64,000 nucleotides of DNA from Alphaproteobacteria bacterium (lineage in GTDB: Bacteria; Pseudomonadota; Alphaproteobacteria; Bin95): contig CAXXWS020000002.1 in NCBI GenBank assembly GCA_963665325.3, forward strand, positions 1,216,001-1,280,000, in the 5' to 3' direction. The position numbers and the translations under genes were made by a program. This document shows, in pieces, positions 10,116 to 19,725 of this stretch (position 1 is its first letter; each line of letters opens with the position of its first letter). The notes under the pieces are model-generated. The model saw nothing but the letters and a program-made list of their open reading frames with translations, was not told the DNA's origin and did no database searches.

Positions 10116-10961
10116 TCAGACCGGGATGTCGCCCTTGATGGTGGTACGCCACAGGAGGCGGCGCTCGGGCAGGTCGTAGTCCTGGATGGCGCGGTGCTGC
10201 ACCGTGCAATTGTCCCAGACCACCACGTCGCCCACCTGCCAGCGATGCTGGTAGATGAACGCCGTGCGCACGATATGGTCGGCCAGTGCCTCGATCAGCC
10301 CCCGTGACGTCTCCTCGTCCTTGCCGACGATCCCGGTGCAGTCATCGCGCGCGATATAGAGACTCTTGCGTCCGGTGCGCGGATGGGTGCGCACGATGGG
10401 ATGCTCCACCGGCGGATATTGCGCGATGTCCTCCGCGCTCACGGGCGAGGAGCGCTTGCGCCCCCGGAAGTCGAAGATGCCCCGCAGGCCGTCGATTTCC
10501 TCCTGCATCGCGCAAGGCAGGGCGTCCCAGGCGGCTGCGGCATTGGCGAAGCAGGTGTCGCCCAGAGCGAGGCCGTGCAGGACCGGCACCTCGACCGAAT
10601 AGAGCATGGTCGCGCCGGCCGGGCGCTTGGCATAGCTCATGTCGGTATGCCAAGTCTCGCCCGCGCGCCGTGTACCGATGGGCGCGCCGTACTCCACGAT
10701 GTTGGAGATGAGGTAGATCTCGGGACTGCCGTCGATCCCGAAGCGGGCCGCGTTGAAATTGAACTCGGGTTCCCCGAGCCGGCGGGTGAAGGCAACCTGC
10801 GTCTCGGGCGTCAGCGTCTGGTTGCGCAGCACGATCACGCCATGCGTATCGAGCGCCGCCCGGATAGTTGTAAACTCGCCATCGTCCAGCTCCGCGCCGA
10901 TGTCGGCTCCCAGGATCTCCGCGCCGGTGGCCGGCGAAACGGGTCTCACCTCTATGCCCAT
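10116..10961 (-). CDS. TauD/TfdA family Fe(II)/2-oxoglutarate dioxygenase
   Basis: WHTD facial-triad motif, GDTCFAN, HPIVRTHP.TGRKSLY, WDNCTVQHRA. Confidence 0.93.
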   Translation of the reverse strand: MGIEVRPVSPATGAEILGADIGAELDDGEFTTIRAALDTHGVIVLRNQTLTPETQVAFTRRLGEPEFNFNAARFGIDGSPEIYLISNIVEYGAPIGTRRAGETWHTDMSYAKRPAGATMLYSVEVPVLHGLALGDTCFANAAAAWDALPCAMQEEIDGLRGIFDFRGRKRSSPVSAEDIAQYPPVEHPIVRTHPRTGRKSLYIARDDCTGIVGKDEETSRGLIEALADHIVRTAFIYQHRWQVGDVVVWDNCTVQHRAIQDYDLPERRLLWRTTIKGDIPV

Positions 10962-10983
10962 GATGGGTGCCTCCCGGTCAGTT

Positions 10984-11841
10984 TCAGTCGCCTGCGACGC
11001 GGGCGCCGGTGTCCGTCTCTTTGATCGACGTGCGCCAATGGATGCGGTCTTCCTCCGGCGGGTAGTCGCCGGCGGCCTTGTGGACCATGCAGCGATTGTC
11101 CCAGATGACGATATCGCCAACCTGCCAGCGGTGGTCGTAGCGCGCATCCGCCACCACCATGCGCTCTTCGAGTTCGTCGATGAGTGCGTTGCTTTCCGCC
11201 GATGGCAGGCCCTCGACATAGACGATCTTGCCGGGGTCGAAATAGAGCGACTTGCGCCCCGTTTCCGGATGTTTGCGGACCAGCGGGTGGAACACCGGAG
11301 CGTGGTCGCGGTCCTCCGGATTCAGCAGGGCGTCCGAGCCCCGTTTGCCGCCGCCATAGGTGAAGGCGCCCCTCCGGCCTTCGAGTTTCGACTTCAGCCG
11401 CTCGGGCAGGGCGTCCCAGGCGCGGTACATGGAGGAGAAGCCGGTATCGCCCCCCTGGCTGGGCACGGCGAGGGCATAGAGCTGCGTCGCCTTGAAAGGC
11501 ACCTCGTCATAGGCGCCGTCCGTGTGCCAGGAAGCCGCGCCGCGCCGGTAGATTTCTTCGTTCAGCCGGCCGTTAGTGTCGAACTTGCCGACGCCGAGCA
11601 CGGTGACCTCCGGATGGTCGGGGTGCCGCGTCGATCGGGAAGGATGCGGCACGACATGGCCGAAGCGGCGGCTATATGCGATGAAGTCCTCGATCTTGAG
11701 CGTCTGGTCGCGCACGACGGCGACGCCATAGTCGAGCCATGCGTCGTAGATCGACTGGAAGCCATCCTCGTCCAGCCGCCTGACATCGAGGCCGGTGATC
11801 TCCACGCCGGTATGCTCGGAAAGGGGCCGGATTTTGGTCAT
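10984..11841 (-). CDS. TauD/TfdA family Fe(II)/2-oxoglutarate dioxygenase
   Basis: WHTDG, GGDTGF, HPLVRKHPETGRKSLY, WDNRCMVHKA. Confidence 0.93.
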   Translation of the reverse strand: MTKIRPLSEHTGVEITGLDVRRLDEDGFQSIYDAWLDYGVAVVRDQTLKIEDFIAYSRRFGHVVPHPSRSTRHPDHPEVTVLGVGKFDTNGRLNEEIYRRGAASWHTDGAYDEVPFKATQLYALAVPSQGGDTGFSSMYRAWDALPERLKSKLEGRRGAFTYGGGKRGSDALLNPEDRDHAPVFHPLVRKHPETGRKSLYFDPGKIVYVEGLPSAESNALIDELEERMVVADARYDHRWQVGDIVIWDNRCMVHKAAGDYPPEEDRIHWRTSIKETDTGARVAGD

Positions 11842-11872
11842 GGGCGCGGGTCTCCCGTTCGCACCGGTACGT

Positions 11873-12871
11873 TCAGGGCAGGGTGTCGAGGTAGAGCCTG
11901 AGATCGACCTCGTTCACCAGCGCCTCGCCTGCAGCATAGCGGGGAAGATTGGTGATGAAGAGGTCTTCGGCGCGGGCAACCGTGCCGTTGCCGGCGTAGG
12001 AGCAGTGGCCGGTGAGCCGGACCGAGGGGTGCGCCCAGTAGGGGCTGCTCCGGGGCAAAGGCTCCGGCTCGAACACATCTAGCACCGCAGTCCCCACCCG
12101 GCCGCTGTCCAGCGCTGCCAGCAGCGCGGTATCGTCCACCACGCCGCCGCGCGCGACATTCACCAGCACAGCCCCTTGCTTCATGGCCGCAAGGAACCCG
12201 GCATCGACGAGCCGGTCGGTCTCCGAGGAATGAGGGCAGCACAGCACGACCACGTCGGCGTCCCCGAGGCGGTCCCCGAGTTCGCCCATCGTGCAGACCT
12301 CGCGGGCATAAGGAGCGGACGCTCCGCTGCGGCGCACGCCCACCACACGGGCGCCGAACGCGGCGGCGCGCTTGCCGATCTCGCGCCCGATATTGCCGTA
12401 TCCGACGATGAGCCAGACGGTGCCGGCGATCTCGCGAAATGGGAGCTTCTTCCATTCGCCCTTGGCCTGCGCCGCGCGCCGGTCCGCCAGCCCCTGGTAA
12501 ACGTCCAGCACCTGGGCGAAGACAAACTCCGAGATTGCCACCGCCTGGGCACTGGAAGCGCCGATACGAATGCCTTTCGCGGCGATGGTGCGGTAGCCCG
12601 GATGGTCGAGGCCGGCATTGAATGTCTGCACCCATTCGACCGTGCGCGAGGCGGCGATCGACTTCAGGCATTCGGCAAATGACCGGCCTGCCATATCGGA
12701 GGTAAGCCAGACCGCCTGCGCCGGGGCCTCGGCCAGCGGTTTCGGTTCGCCTTCCGCCATGCAGCGGCCGTCCTCCAGCAGCGGGAGCACGCAGACCGAC
12801 AGGTCCAGCGCCGCGAGCCGGTCGGCGACGCGCTCGCGGGCGGCCGGGTGCATGACGATATTCAGCGTCAT
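11873..12871 (-). CDS. D-isomer specific 2-hydroxyacid dehydrogenase
   Basis: IVGYGNIG, LVNVARGGVVD, LDVFEPEPLP, LTGH. Confidence 0.92.
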   Translation of the reverse strand: MTLNIVMHPAARERVADRLAALDLSVCVLPLLEDGRCMAEGEPKPLAEAPAQAVWLTSDMAGRSFAECLKSIAASRTVEWVQTFNAGLDHPGYRTIAAKGIRIGASSAQAVAISEFVFAQVLDVYQGLADRRAAQAKGEWKKLPFREIAGTVWLIVGYGNIGREIGKRAAAFGARVVGVRRSGASAPYAREVCTMGELGDRLGDADVVVLCCPHSSETDRLVDAGFLAAMKQGAVLVNVARGGVVDDTALLAALDSGRVGTAVLDVFEPEPLPRSSPYWAHPSVRLTGHCSYAGNGTVARAEDLFITNLPRYAAGEALVNEVDLRLYLDTLP

Positions 12872-12880
12872 CGCGCCGGC

Positions 12881-13282
12881 CTAGCCGGAATAGTCGTCAT
12901 CGTTCACCTTCTCGAACCAGTCGGTCCCGCCGCCGTCCTCTCCGGTCTCAGACATGGCGAGATGGGTGAAGATGCTGTCCGGCGCGGCGCCGTGCCAGTG
13001 GCGGGCGCCCGGCGGGATGACAGCAGTATCGCCGGGGTGAAGCTCCTCGATCGGGCCGCCCTCGACCTGAACGCGCCCGGCTCCGGAGACGGCCCAGAGC
13101 GTCTGGCCCACCGGATGGAGATGCCAGGCCGTCCGGGCGCCGGGATTGAAGGTTACATTCGTCGCTCGCATCCGCGAGGGAAAGGTGCCGACCCGCACTT
13201 CGTCCTGATATACATCGCCCGTGAACCGGTCGGCCGGCGCCTTCTTCGTCGCGCGGTCCCCGACCCTGTAAATCTTCAGCAT
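12881..13282 (-). CDS. Cupin domain protein
   Basis: RFTGDV, VTFNPGARTAWHLHPVGQTL, IPPGARHWHGA. Confidence 0.92.
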   Translation of the reverse strand: MLKIYRVGDRATKKAPADRFTGDVYQDEVRVGTFPSRMRATNVTFNPGARTAWHLHPVGQTLWAVSGAGRVQVEGGPIEELHPGDTAVIPPGARHWHGAAPDSIFTHLAMSETGEDGGGTDWFEKVNDDDYSG

Positions 13283-13996
13283 CCGCTTTCCTTCCCCGGC
13301 AAGCCGCATCGCAGGATTTGAGACTAACAGCGCGCACGAGCGGCTGTCGAGGCGACGGACGACGCCCTGCAAGGCAGCATCCTGGAAGCGTACAGAATTG
13401 CTCGTGACGCAGGACAGTTACAGGATCGTCGAAAAGGGCAGCCGAAACTTATGCAGCGGTCATTGCCAATCCCCGTCGTGCGGAAAAGAAACCATGCAAG
13501 ATGTGGCAGACCGGTTTGCAAGATGACGGAAACAAGACACAAGGCCCGTTTCAGAGCCCGTGCTTCATCGAAATGTCGAACAATCCCGCGGTCGATGCTC
13601 TGTCGAATATCTTTCGGTAGTCCGCGCTTCTCCAGCCCTAGGCGACGGAAGCCAACCGTGATCGATCCTTGCCACGTCCATCGGAGAGGAATCGCGAGCC
13701 ATTCGGTTTTCTGAGCGGCATTCTTATGCAGTAGTTTGGGTACTGCAAATCGGCCCAAGCATAAATTTCGTCAATGACCTCTGGAATGGTGGCAATACAA
13801 CGAAGGTCGTGCAATTACCCGAATGGGCACGAGTACGAAAACCCGCGCTCAAGCGGCATGTACGACGTTCGGGGGGATCGATGACAGTCGGCGGCGACCG
13901 CTCTTCAGCGCGCTCAACGACGACCCGGCTGACGGCCTTTCCTGCGGCGCCGATGTATGCATGCCGGCGCAAGTAGAGCCGGCATCCGAGTGGCAG

Positions 13997-14260
13997 TCAG
14001 TCGTCGCGGGCTTCGACGATCACACGCTTGCGCCCGCGTCGGACCAGATAGCCCCCTCGCCGGATTGTGAGCTTGCCTTCCTGAATCAAGGCCCACAACG
14101 CATTAGCGATGACTTCCGCACTCTCATCCGTATCCGGTGCGTCCGCGGCTTGTCCGAGCCATTTGGCAAATGCCTCGTCCGCTATGGAGTTGCCCACCGA
14201 CTTGCGCAGCGCATTGAGCTTGCGAAGCTGGCCCTTTGTCAGGGCGGTCTCATCGATCAT
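13997..14260 (-). CDS. Small hypothetical protein (87 aa), basic C-terminus
   Basis: GGAG RBS upstream, protein-like composition (helical N-terminus LTKGQLRKLNALRKS; RRGGYLVRRGRKRVIV tail). Confidence 0.75.
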   Translation of the reverse strand: MIDETALTKGQLRKLNALRKSVGNSIADEAFAKWLGQAADAPDTDESAEVIANALWALIQEGKLTIRRGGYLVRRGRKRVIVEARDD

Positions 14261-14373
14261 GTTGAAGTCTCCGATCCGTTCGCGTCAAACGCGCATGTCA
14301 CAGGATAGCAAACATTGTCCGGAAAAGTAATACCCCTAAGATTTCTGTCTCCAGCTAATTTGTCGCGCAGGGC

Positions 14374-16248
14374 TTATTTGTTCTCGAGAAGCGGCACTTC
14401 CGGCACCCCGGGCGCTTCAAAACCGAGAATCCGGGCGAAGAAAGAAAGTTCGGCTTCCAAAGCCGCCACGATGTTTTCCGCCCTCCGGAAACCGTGTCCT
14501 TCGCCGTCGAACAACAACAGTGCGACAGGAATACTCCGGGCTCGCAGTGCCGCTGCCATCGCTTCGGTCTGATCGGGAGGCACAACCTTGTCATCGGTGC
14601 CTTGCAGGAAGATCACTGGACAGGAAATACCGTCGGCGTGAAGGAGCGGCGAGCGCGCGTCGTAAACTGCCTCCGCTTCCGGTAACGGGCCGATCAGGCG
14701 GTCGAGATAACGGCTCTCGAATTTGTGAGTATCCCTGGCAAGAGCCTTGAGGTCGCCTATGCCGTAAAGGCTGGCGCCCGCCTTGAAGACGTCCCGGAAC
14801 GCGAGCGCGGCGAGGGTCGTATATCCGCCAGCACTACCGCCGCGTACGACCAGCCGGGCGGCATCCACCTTCCCGCTTTCGGCCAGCCACGTCGCCGCCG
14901 CGCAACAATCGTCCACATCGACGATGCCCCATTGACCGTCCAACTGTTGGCGGAAAGCGCGACCGTAACCGCTGCTGCCGCCATAGTTCACATCCACAAC
15001 CGCAAAACCGCGCGTCGTCCAAAACTGGATGGAAGGCGAGTAGCCGTTGTCGGAGGCGCCCGTCGGCCCGCCGTGAGATCGCACGATGAGCGGCGGGCGT
15101 TCACCCTCGGGCGCGGCGAAACAGGGATTCCTTGGCGCATAGAACCAGGCATGCGCGGCCCTCCCGCCGCCGGTCGGGAAGGTGACCGGCTCGCCGCGCG
15201 ACACGAAGGCTGGATCGGGGTCGTCCGGGACGGAGCGGGCGAGCGTCTCGCGCTTCCCGTCTTCGTGCAGCAGGTCGAGGCGGGTCGGGCGGTCGGTATC
15301 GGCGCCGAGAACCGCCCAGCCTCCGTCGAAGGGCGCAGGGCAGGCCGGCCGCGAAAATCCGGTCTCAAACGGGCCGGCAAGGAGTCTCTCGACGAAGACG
15401 CTGCCGCTCTTCTCGTATCGGGCGATCACGTCGCCGTCGGCGAGGCAACGGTAGCTTTGGGCGCCGAGGCCCCAGAGAGGTCCGGCAAACTCCGCCGCCA
15501 TCGGCTTGAGCGGCCGTCCGCCCTCGTCGTCATGCGCGTAAAGGTTCCACCACCCGGAACGGTCCGAGATGTAGAGCAGCCGCCCGTCCGCCGTCCAGGC
15601 GGGCTGCAGAACGGATTCGCCGGGCCCGCCCGCGACCGGCTCGCCGTCCAGCAGGAGGTCCGTCTCATCCCAGGGCATGTTCGGGTGGTCCCAGGCGATG
15701 CAGGCAAGCCGGTCGCCGCCGGGGCTTGGCCTGGGCGCGGCGTAAAAGTCCCGGCCGGCGGCGACGAGCTCGCCTTCTGCGATCCGGCCGGGGTCTAGCA
15801 GCACCACGGCGTTGACCGGTTCGCCCGGCCCGCGATGGTCCTCGCGCACGGCCAGGATACCATCCGGGCAGAAGGTAAAATCGGCATAACGCAAGGCTCC
15901 CTCGGGAGTTATCTGCCTGGGATCGCCGTCTTCCTCCACAAGCCAGACGGTACCGTCGGGGAAATGGGAGAAGACAATTCTGCCGTCATGGGCGGCATAG
16001 GCGCCGCCGCCATATTCGTGGACCCGTGAGCGCACATCGAAATGCGTTGGCAGCGCTTCGCGGACACCTCCCTTCCGGTAGCGCATGAGCACGCTGCGAC
16101 CCCGTTCTCGCGGCCGGCCTTCCAACCAATAGAGGCTTTTGCCGTCCGCGCGGACAAACGAAAGACCGACCCCGGCTTCCGCGATCTGCCGTGCCGAGAG
16201 CGGCGAGACCCAGCTTCCGTATGGCTTTACGACTGGCGTGTCGGTCAT
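14374..16248 (-). CDS. S9 family (prolyl oligopeptidase/acylaminoacyl) peptidase
   Basis: PYGSWVSPL, RSRVHEYGGG, HGGPT, GGSAGG nucleophile, QGTDDKVVPP, EGHGFR. Confidence 0.95.
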   Translation of the reverse strand: MTDTPVVKPYGSWVSPLSARQIAEAGVGLSFVRADGKSLYWLEGRPRERGRSVLMRYRKGGVREALPTHFDVRSRVHEYGGGAYAAHDGRIVFSHFPDGTVWLVEEDGDPRQITPEGALRYADFTFCPDGILAVREDHRGPGEPVNAVVLLDPGRIAEGELVAAGRDFYAAPRPSPGGDRLACIAWDHPNMPWDETDLLLDGEPVAGGPGESVLQPAWTADGRLLYISDRSGWWNLYAHDDEGGRPLKPMAAEFAGPLWGLGAQSYRCLADGDVIARYEKSGSVFVERLLAGPFETGFSRPACPAPFDGGWAVLGADTDRPTRLDLLHEDGKRETLARSVPDDPDPAFVSRGEPVTFPTGGGRAAHAWFYAPRNPCFAAPEGERPPLIVRSHGGPTGASDNGYSPSIQFWTTRGFAVVDVNYGGSSGYGRAFRQQLDGQWGIVDVDDCCAAATWLAESGKVDAARLVVRGGSAGGYTTLAALAFRDVFKAGASLYGIGDLKALARDTHKFESRYLDRLIGPLPEAEAVYDARSPLLHADGISCPVIFLQGTDDKVVPPDQTEAMAAALRARSIPVALLLFDGEGHGFRRAENIVAALEAELSFFARILGFEAPGVPEVPLLENK

Positions 16249-16352
16249 GACGCGGCTTTCCTCATTGTCGGGTCGGCGGTTGAGGCCCCTATGAACCGGC
16301 GCCTCCGACGGCGCCATTGTCAACCGTCGCCGGCCCGGCTTCAATCGACGCG

Positions 16353-16829
16353 ATGGAGAGGGAAGTTCCCGATACGGAAGCCGTCCGCGCGCTCTGGGAT
16401 TACGCCGTCCGGCTTTATGGGGAGCCCGGTGTGAGCGAGGCCTGCCTTGCCCTGCAGGACAGGTTCGGCGTCGATATACCGCTGATGCTCTGGGCCGCAT
16501 GGCTCGGCGACGGCGCCGACCTGCTGGCGCTCCGGGCCGGCGACCGCGCGGTGGGGCCCTGGCGGGCGCGGGCGGTGCGGCCGCTGCGGGCACTCCGCCG
16601 TCATCTCCGCAATTCCGTCGCTGGGCTGGACGACTTGGCGCGCGAAGAGTGGCGCGGTTCTGTAAAGCGTCTGGAAATCGAGGCGGAGCGTCTGGCGCTC
16701 GGCATTCTGGCTGGAATCGGCCGGCGCAACGGACGTCCGAACCTCGCTCCTTTCGCGGCAGCCTTCGGCCTGGAACCCGGCTGTCCAGAACTGAAGCTGG
16801 TGGAAGAGGCTGCGCGCCGACTCGGGTGA
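16353..16829 (+). CDS. TIGR02444 family (DUF2390-like) protein
   Basis: LWDYAVRLYGEPGVSEACLALQDRFGVD..L..AAWL..WR..VRPLRALRR..LEIEAER. Confidence 0.8.
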   Translation: MEREVPDTEAVRALWDYAVRLYGEPGVSEACLALQDRFGVDIPLMLWAAWLGDGADLLALRAGDRAVGPWRARAVRPLRALRRHLRNSVAGLDDLAREEWRGSVKRLEIEAERLALGILAGIGRRNGRPNLAPFAAAFGLEPGCPELKLVEEAARRLG

Positions 16830-16832
16830 GCG

Positions 16833-17618
16833 TCAGGCGTCCCAGCCGGGCGGGCGTTTTTCCAGGAACGAGGCGGCGCCCTCCCGGCCTTCCTCGCTGG
16901 CCCAGCTTTCGGCGAAGGAATAGAGGCCATCGATGCCGAGTGCGTCGGGTCCGCTGCGGTCGTAGAGGTCGAGCGCGCGCTTTGCCGCTGCGGCTGCGCC
17001 GGGCGCTGCGCCGAGACAGCCCGCAACAGCAGCCCTCACTGCCTCGTCGAGGCTTTCGTCGGGCACCGCGCGGTCGATCAGGCCGATGCGCTGCGCCTCC
17101 GCGGCATCGAAGGTCTCGCCTGTAAAGAGGTAGCGCTTATACGCCGCCGGGCCGATGCGCATCAGCAGCGCCTTGAGCGCGCCCGTCGGCACCACCCCCC
17201 GGCGGAGTTCCGTGAACGCGAAACGTGCGCCTACCCCGGCGATGGCCACATCGCTCGCCGCAATCAGGGTCGTGCCGCCCCCGAACGCGCCGCCCTGCAC
17301 CCGCGCTACGACAGGGCAGGGCAGGCTGGCGATGCGATGGCTCAGCATCGAGCCGCGCAGCGCTGCCTGCAGCCGTTCTTCGGCGGGCGCCGTTCCCATA
17401 TGGCGGAACATGGCGATGTCGCCGCCCGCCGTGAAATGCCGCCCTTCGGCCGCCAGCAGCAGCAGGCGCAGGTCCGTTCGACCGTGCAGCGCGTCGAGTG
17501 CCAGATGAACCTCGCGCATCGTCTCCGCGGTCAGGGCGTTCAGGCGGTCGGGCCGGGCGAATGTCAGCGTAACGACCCGCCGCGCGTCCTCCTCGACGCG
17601 TATGTTGTTCCACTTCAT
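16833..17618 (-). CDS. Enoyl-CoA hydratase/isomerase family protein (methylglutaconyl-CoA hydratase-like)
   Basis: RPDRLNAL, FTAGGDI, VQGGAFGGG, FAFTELRRG, EGREGAASFLEKRPP. Confidence 0.9.
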   Translation of the reverse strand: MKWNNIRVEEDARRVVTLTFARPDRLNALTAETMREVHLALDALHGRTDLRLLLLAAEGRHFTAGGDIAMFRHMGTAPAEERLQAALRGSMLSHRIASLPCPVVARVQGGAFGGGTTLIAASDVAIAGVGARFAFTELRRGVVPTGALKALLMRIGPAAYKRYLFTGETFDAAEAQRIGLIDRAVPDESLDEAVRAAVAGCLGAAPGAAAAAKRALDLYDRSGPDALGIDGLYSFAESWASEEGREGAASFLEKRPPGWDA

Positions 17619-17788
17619 GCCTACCGCCTCCTCTTCGCCCGCGCCGTCCGCAGGGCCGATTGCCCGCCTCCCGGCCGAGCTATGACAATTGTAGAAGCCT
17701 GCTTGTGCGGAAAGCATGGCGGCAGGCCGGGAAATTGGCTATGGTCCCGGCCCCCGGGGAATTCTGGACTGACAGGCAGGGACGATTC

Positions 17789-18124
17789 ATGGATATCGGA
17801 GAGAGCAAGGAAGACGCCGTATTTGTGCTGGAGCCGAGAGGCCGCCTCGACAGCGCGAATGCGCGCAGCTTCGAGGAGCGGGTGCTGGCCGCGTTGGACC
17901 AGGGCGAATCGGCGCTGCTCATCGACTTCGCCGGTCTGGACTACATCAGTTCGGCCGGCCTGCGTGTGCTGTTGATGGGGGCGAAGCGGCTTCAGCAGTC
18001 CGGCGGCACGATCGCGCTTTGCGCCCTCAGTCCGAGTATCCACGAGGTTTTCGAGATCAGCGGTTTTCTCACCATCTTCACAGTACATAACGACAGGGCC
18101 ACGGCTCTGGCGACCATGGGCTGA
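17789..18124 (+). CDS. STAS-domain anti-sigma factor antagonist
   Basis: GRLDS, LDYISSAGLRVLL (conserved phospho-Ser motif), VFEISGF. Confidence 0.93.
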   Translation: MDIGESKEDAVFVLEPRGRLDSANARSFEERVLAALDQGESALLIDFAGLDYISSAGLRVLLMGAKRLQQSGGTIALCALSPSIHEVFEISGFLTIFTVHNDRATALATMG

Positions 18125-18129
18125 CCAAA

Positions 18130-18780
18130 ATGCTCAGCTTCGCCGAAGAGATGATGCTGCTCCTGCTCGACGATCAGGACGGCAGTTTTCTTCCTATCCC
18201 GGAATGGTCGATGCAGTGTGCCCTGGCGGGCGCAGTATTGATGGACTTGGCGTTGGCAGACCGGATCGACACCGACGTCGATTCGCTCATGCTGGTGGAC
18301 GAGAAGCCGACGGGAGACCCGCTGCTCGATCCTACGCTGGAACGCATCGCAGCATCCGGGGAAGTACACGGCGCGCGCTACTGGGTCGAGAACACGGCAG
18401 CCTATGCTGATGAAATCCGCGAGGGCGCGCTTGCCCGGCTCGTGGAGACCGGTGTTCTGAACCGGGAGGAGGACCGGTTCCTTTGGGTCTTCCGTTCGAG
18501 ACGTTACCCGACCATCGACGGCCGGGCGGAGCGGGAGGTCAAGCTCCGGATCATGGGCGTTCTACTGTCGGACGAGATTCCGGATCCCCGAGACATCGTC
18601 ATCATATGCCTCTGCGACTCCTGCGGTATTTTCAACGAATTGCTGTCGTCCCGGGAACTCGAGCGTGCCCGCGGCCGCATCGACCAGGTGCGCAAGTTGG
18701 ACCTGATCGGCCAGGCGGTCGCAAAATCCGTCTGGGAAATCCAGGCGTCGCTCGCGATGGCCGCGCACCCGGTCTACTAG
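18130..18780 (+). CDS. GPP34/GOLPH3-like (Golgi phosphoprotein 3 family) protein
   Basis: LSFAEEMMLLLLDD..G, LAGAVLMDLALADRI, PTGDPLLD, LARLVETGVL, FLWVFRSRRYP. Confidence 0.82.
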   Translation: MLSFAEEMMLLLLDDQDGSFLPIPEWSMQCALAGAVLMDLALADRIDTDVDSLMLVDEKPTGDPLLDPTLERIAASGEVHGARYWVENTAAYADEIREGALARLVETGVLNREEDRFLWVFRSRRYPTIDGRAEREVKLRIMGVLLSDEIPDPRDIVIICLCDSCGIFNELLSSRELERARGRIDQVRKLDLIGQAVAKSVWEIQASLAMAAHPVY

Positions 18781-18865
18781 GCGGCGCTATCCTCCGGGGC
18801 GTCCCGGTCATGGCTTGGGACCAAGAGTCGCACCTACCCGGCCGGTCGGGACGGCGGGCGCGCGG

Positions 18866-19663
18866 ATGAAGATCGTCGTCATAAACCTCGAACATGCGGT
18901 GGAGCGGCGCGACCGGGTGACTGCTGCGCTGGACGGGTTCGGTCTCGCGTTTGAACTTTTCCCGGCGGTGGACGGGCGGCATCTCACTCCCGGTCAGGAG
19001 GCGCTCATCGACTACGCCGCGCTCGACCGGCAGGGTTGGTCGATGAGAGCGGGAGCGCTCGGCAATTGGATCAGCCACCGCACGATCCTTGCCGATATGA
19101 TCGACAACGGACCGGAGGCGATGGCGATCCTCGAGGACGATATCGAGCCTGCGCCCGAACTGCCGGCCGTTCTGGATACGCTGGAACGGTCCGCCGGGTT
19201 GTACGATATTGTTTTCCTGAACCGGGGCCGCGCCGTCCGGCGCTTCATTCCGCACCGACGGTTGGATACCGGCCATCGGCTAGGCTGGCTTCGCTGGTCG
19301 CATTTCGGCACCCAGGGCTATGTGATTACCCGCCCGGCGGCCCGGCGCTTTCTGAAGACATTCCCGCGCGTGCGCATGAATATCGACCGGTCGCTCGCTG
19401 CCTACTGGCGCACGGGTCTTGCGACCTATTGCGTACGCCCTCCGGTCGTCCGCCACCTGCTGTCCGACGACGGCAACGATTCCATGATCCAGGCGACGCG
19501 CGCCGTCGGCCCGACGGACGCCCTGTTCCGAATGCGCCGGCGGTGGTTCTTCCTCCGTGAGGGTCTGGCGAAGCGCGCGGCGCTTACCCGTCTGTCAATG
19601 AAAGCGCACGGGCCGGTACGTGGTCTCGGGATTCTCCTGGGGCCGGGCGGAAGCACCTCCTGA
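18866..19663 (+). CDS. Glycosyltransferase family 25
   Basis: IVVINL..A.ERR, FPAVDG, GALGNWISH, ILEDD, GTQGYVIT. Confidence 0.88.
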   Translation: MKIVVINLEHAVERRDRVTAALDGFGLAFELFPAVDGRHLTPGQEALIDYAALDRQGWSMRAGALGNWISHRTILADMIDNGPEAMAILEDDIEPAPELPAVLDTLERSAGLYDIVFLNRGRAVRRFIPHRRLDTGHRLGWLRWSHFGTQGYVITRPAARRFLKTFPRVRMNIDRSLAAYWRTGLATYCVRPPVVRHLLSDDGNDSMIQATRAVGPTDALFRMRRRWFFLREGLAKRAALTRLSMKAHGPVRGLGILLGPGGSTS

Positions 19664-19725
19664 GAGCCGTTCGTCGGGGGCAAACGGTGTTACGATACGC
19701 CTGATTGTCCTGCAGGAGTTTCGCG

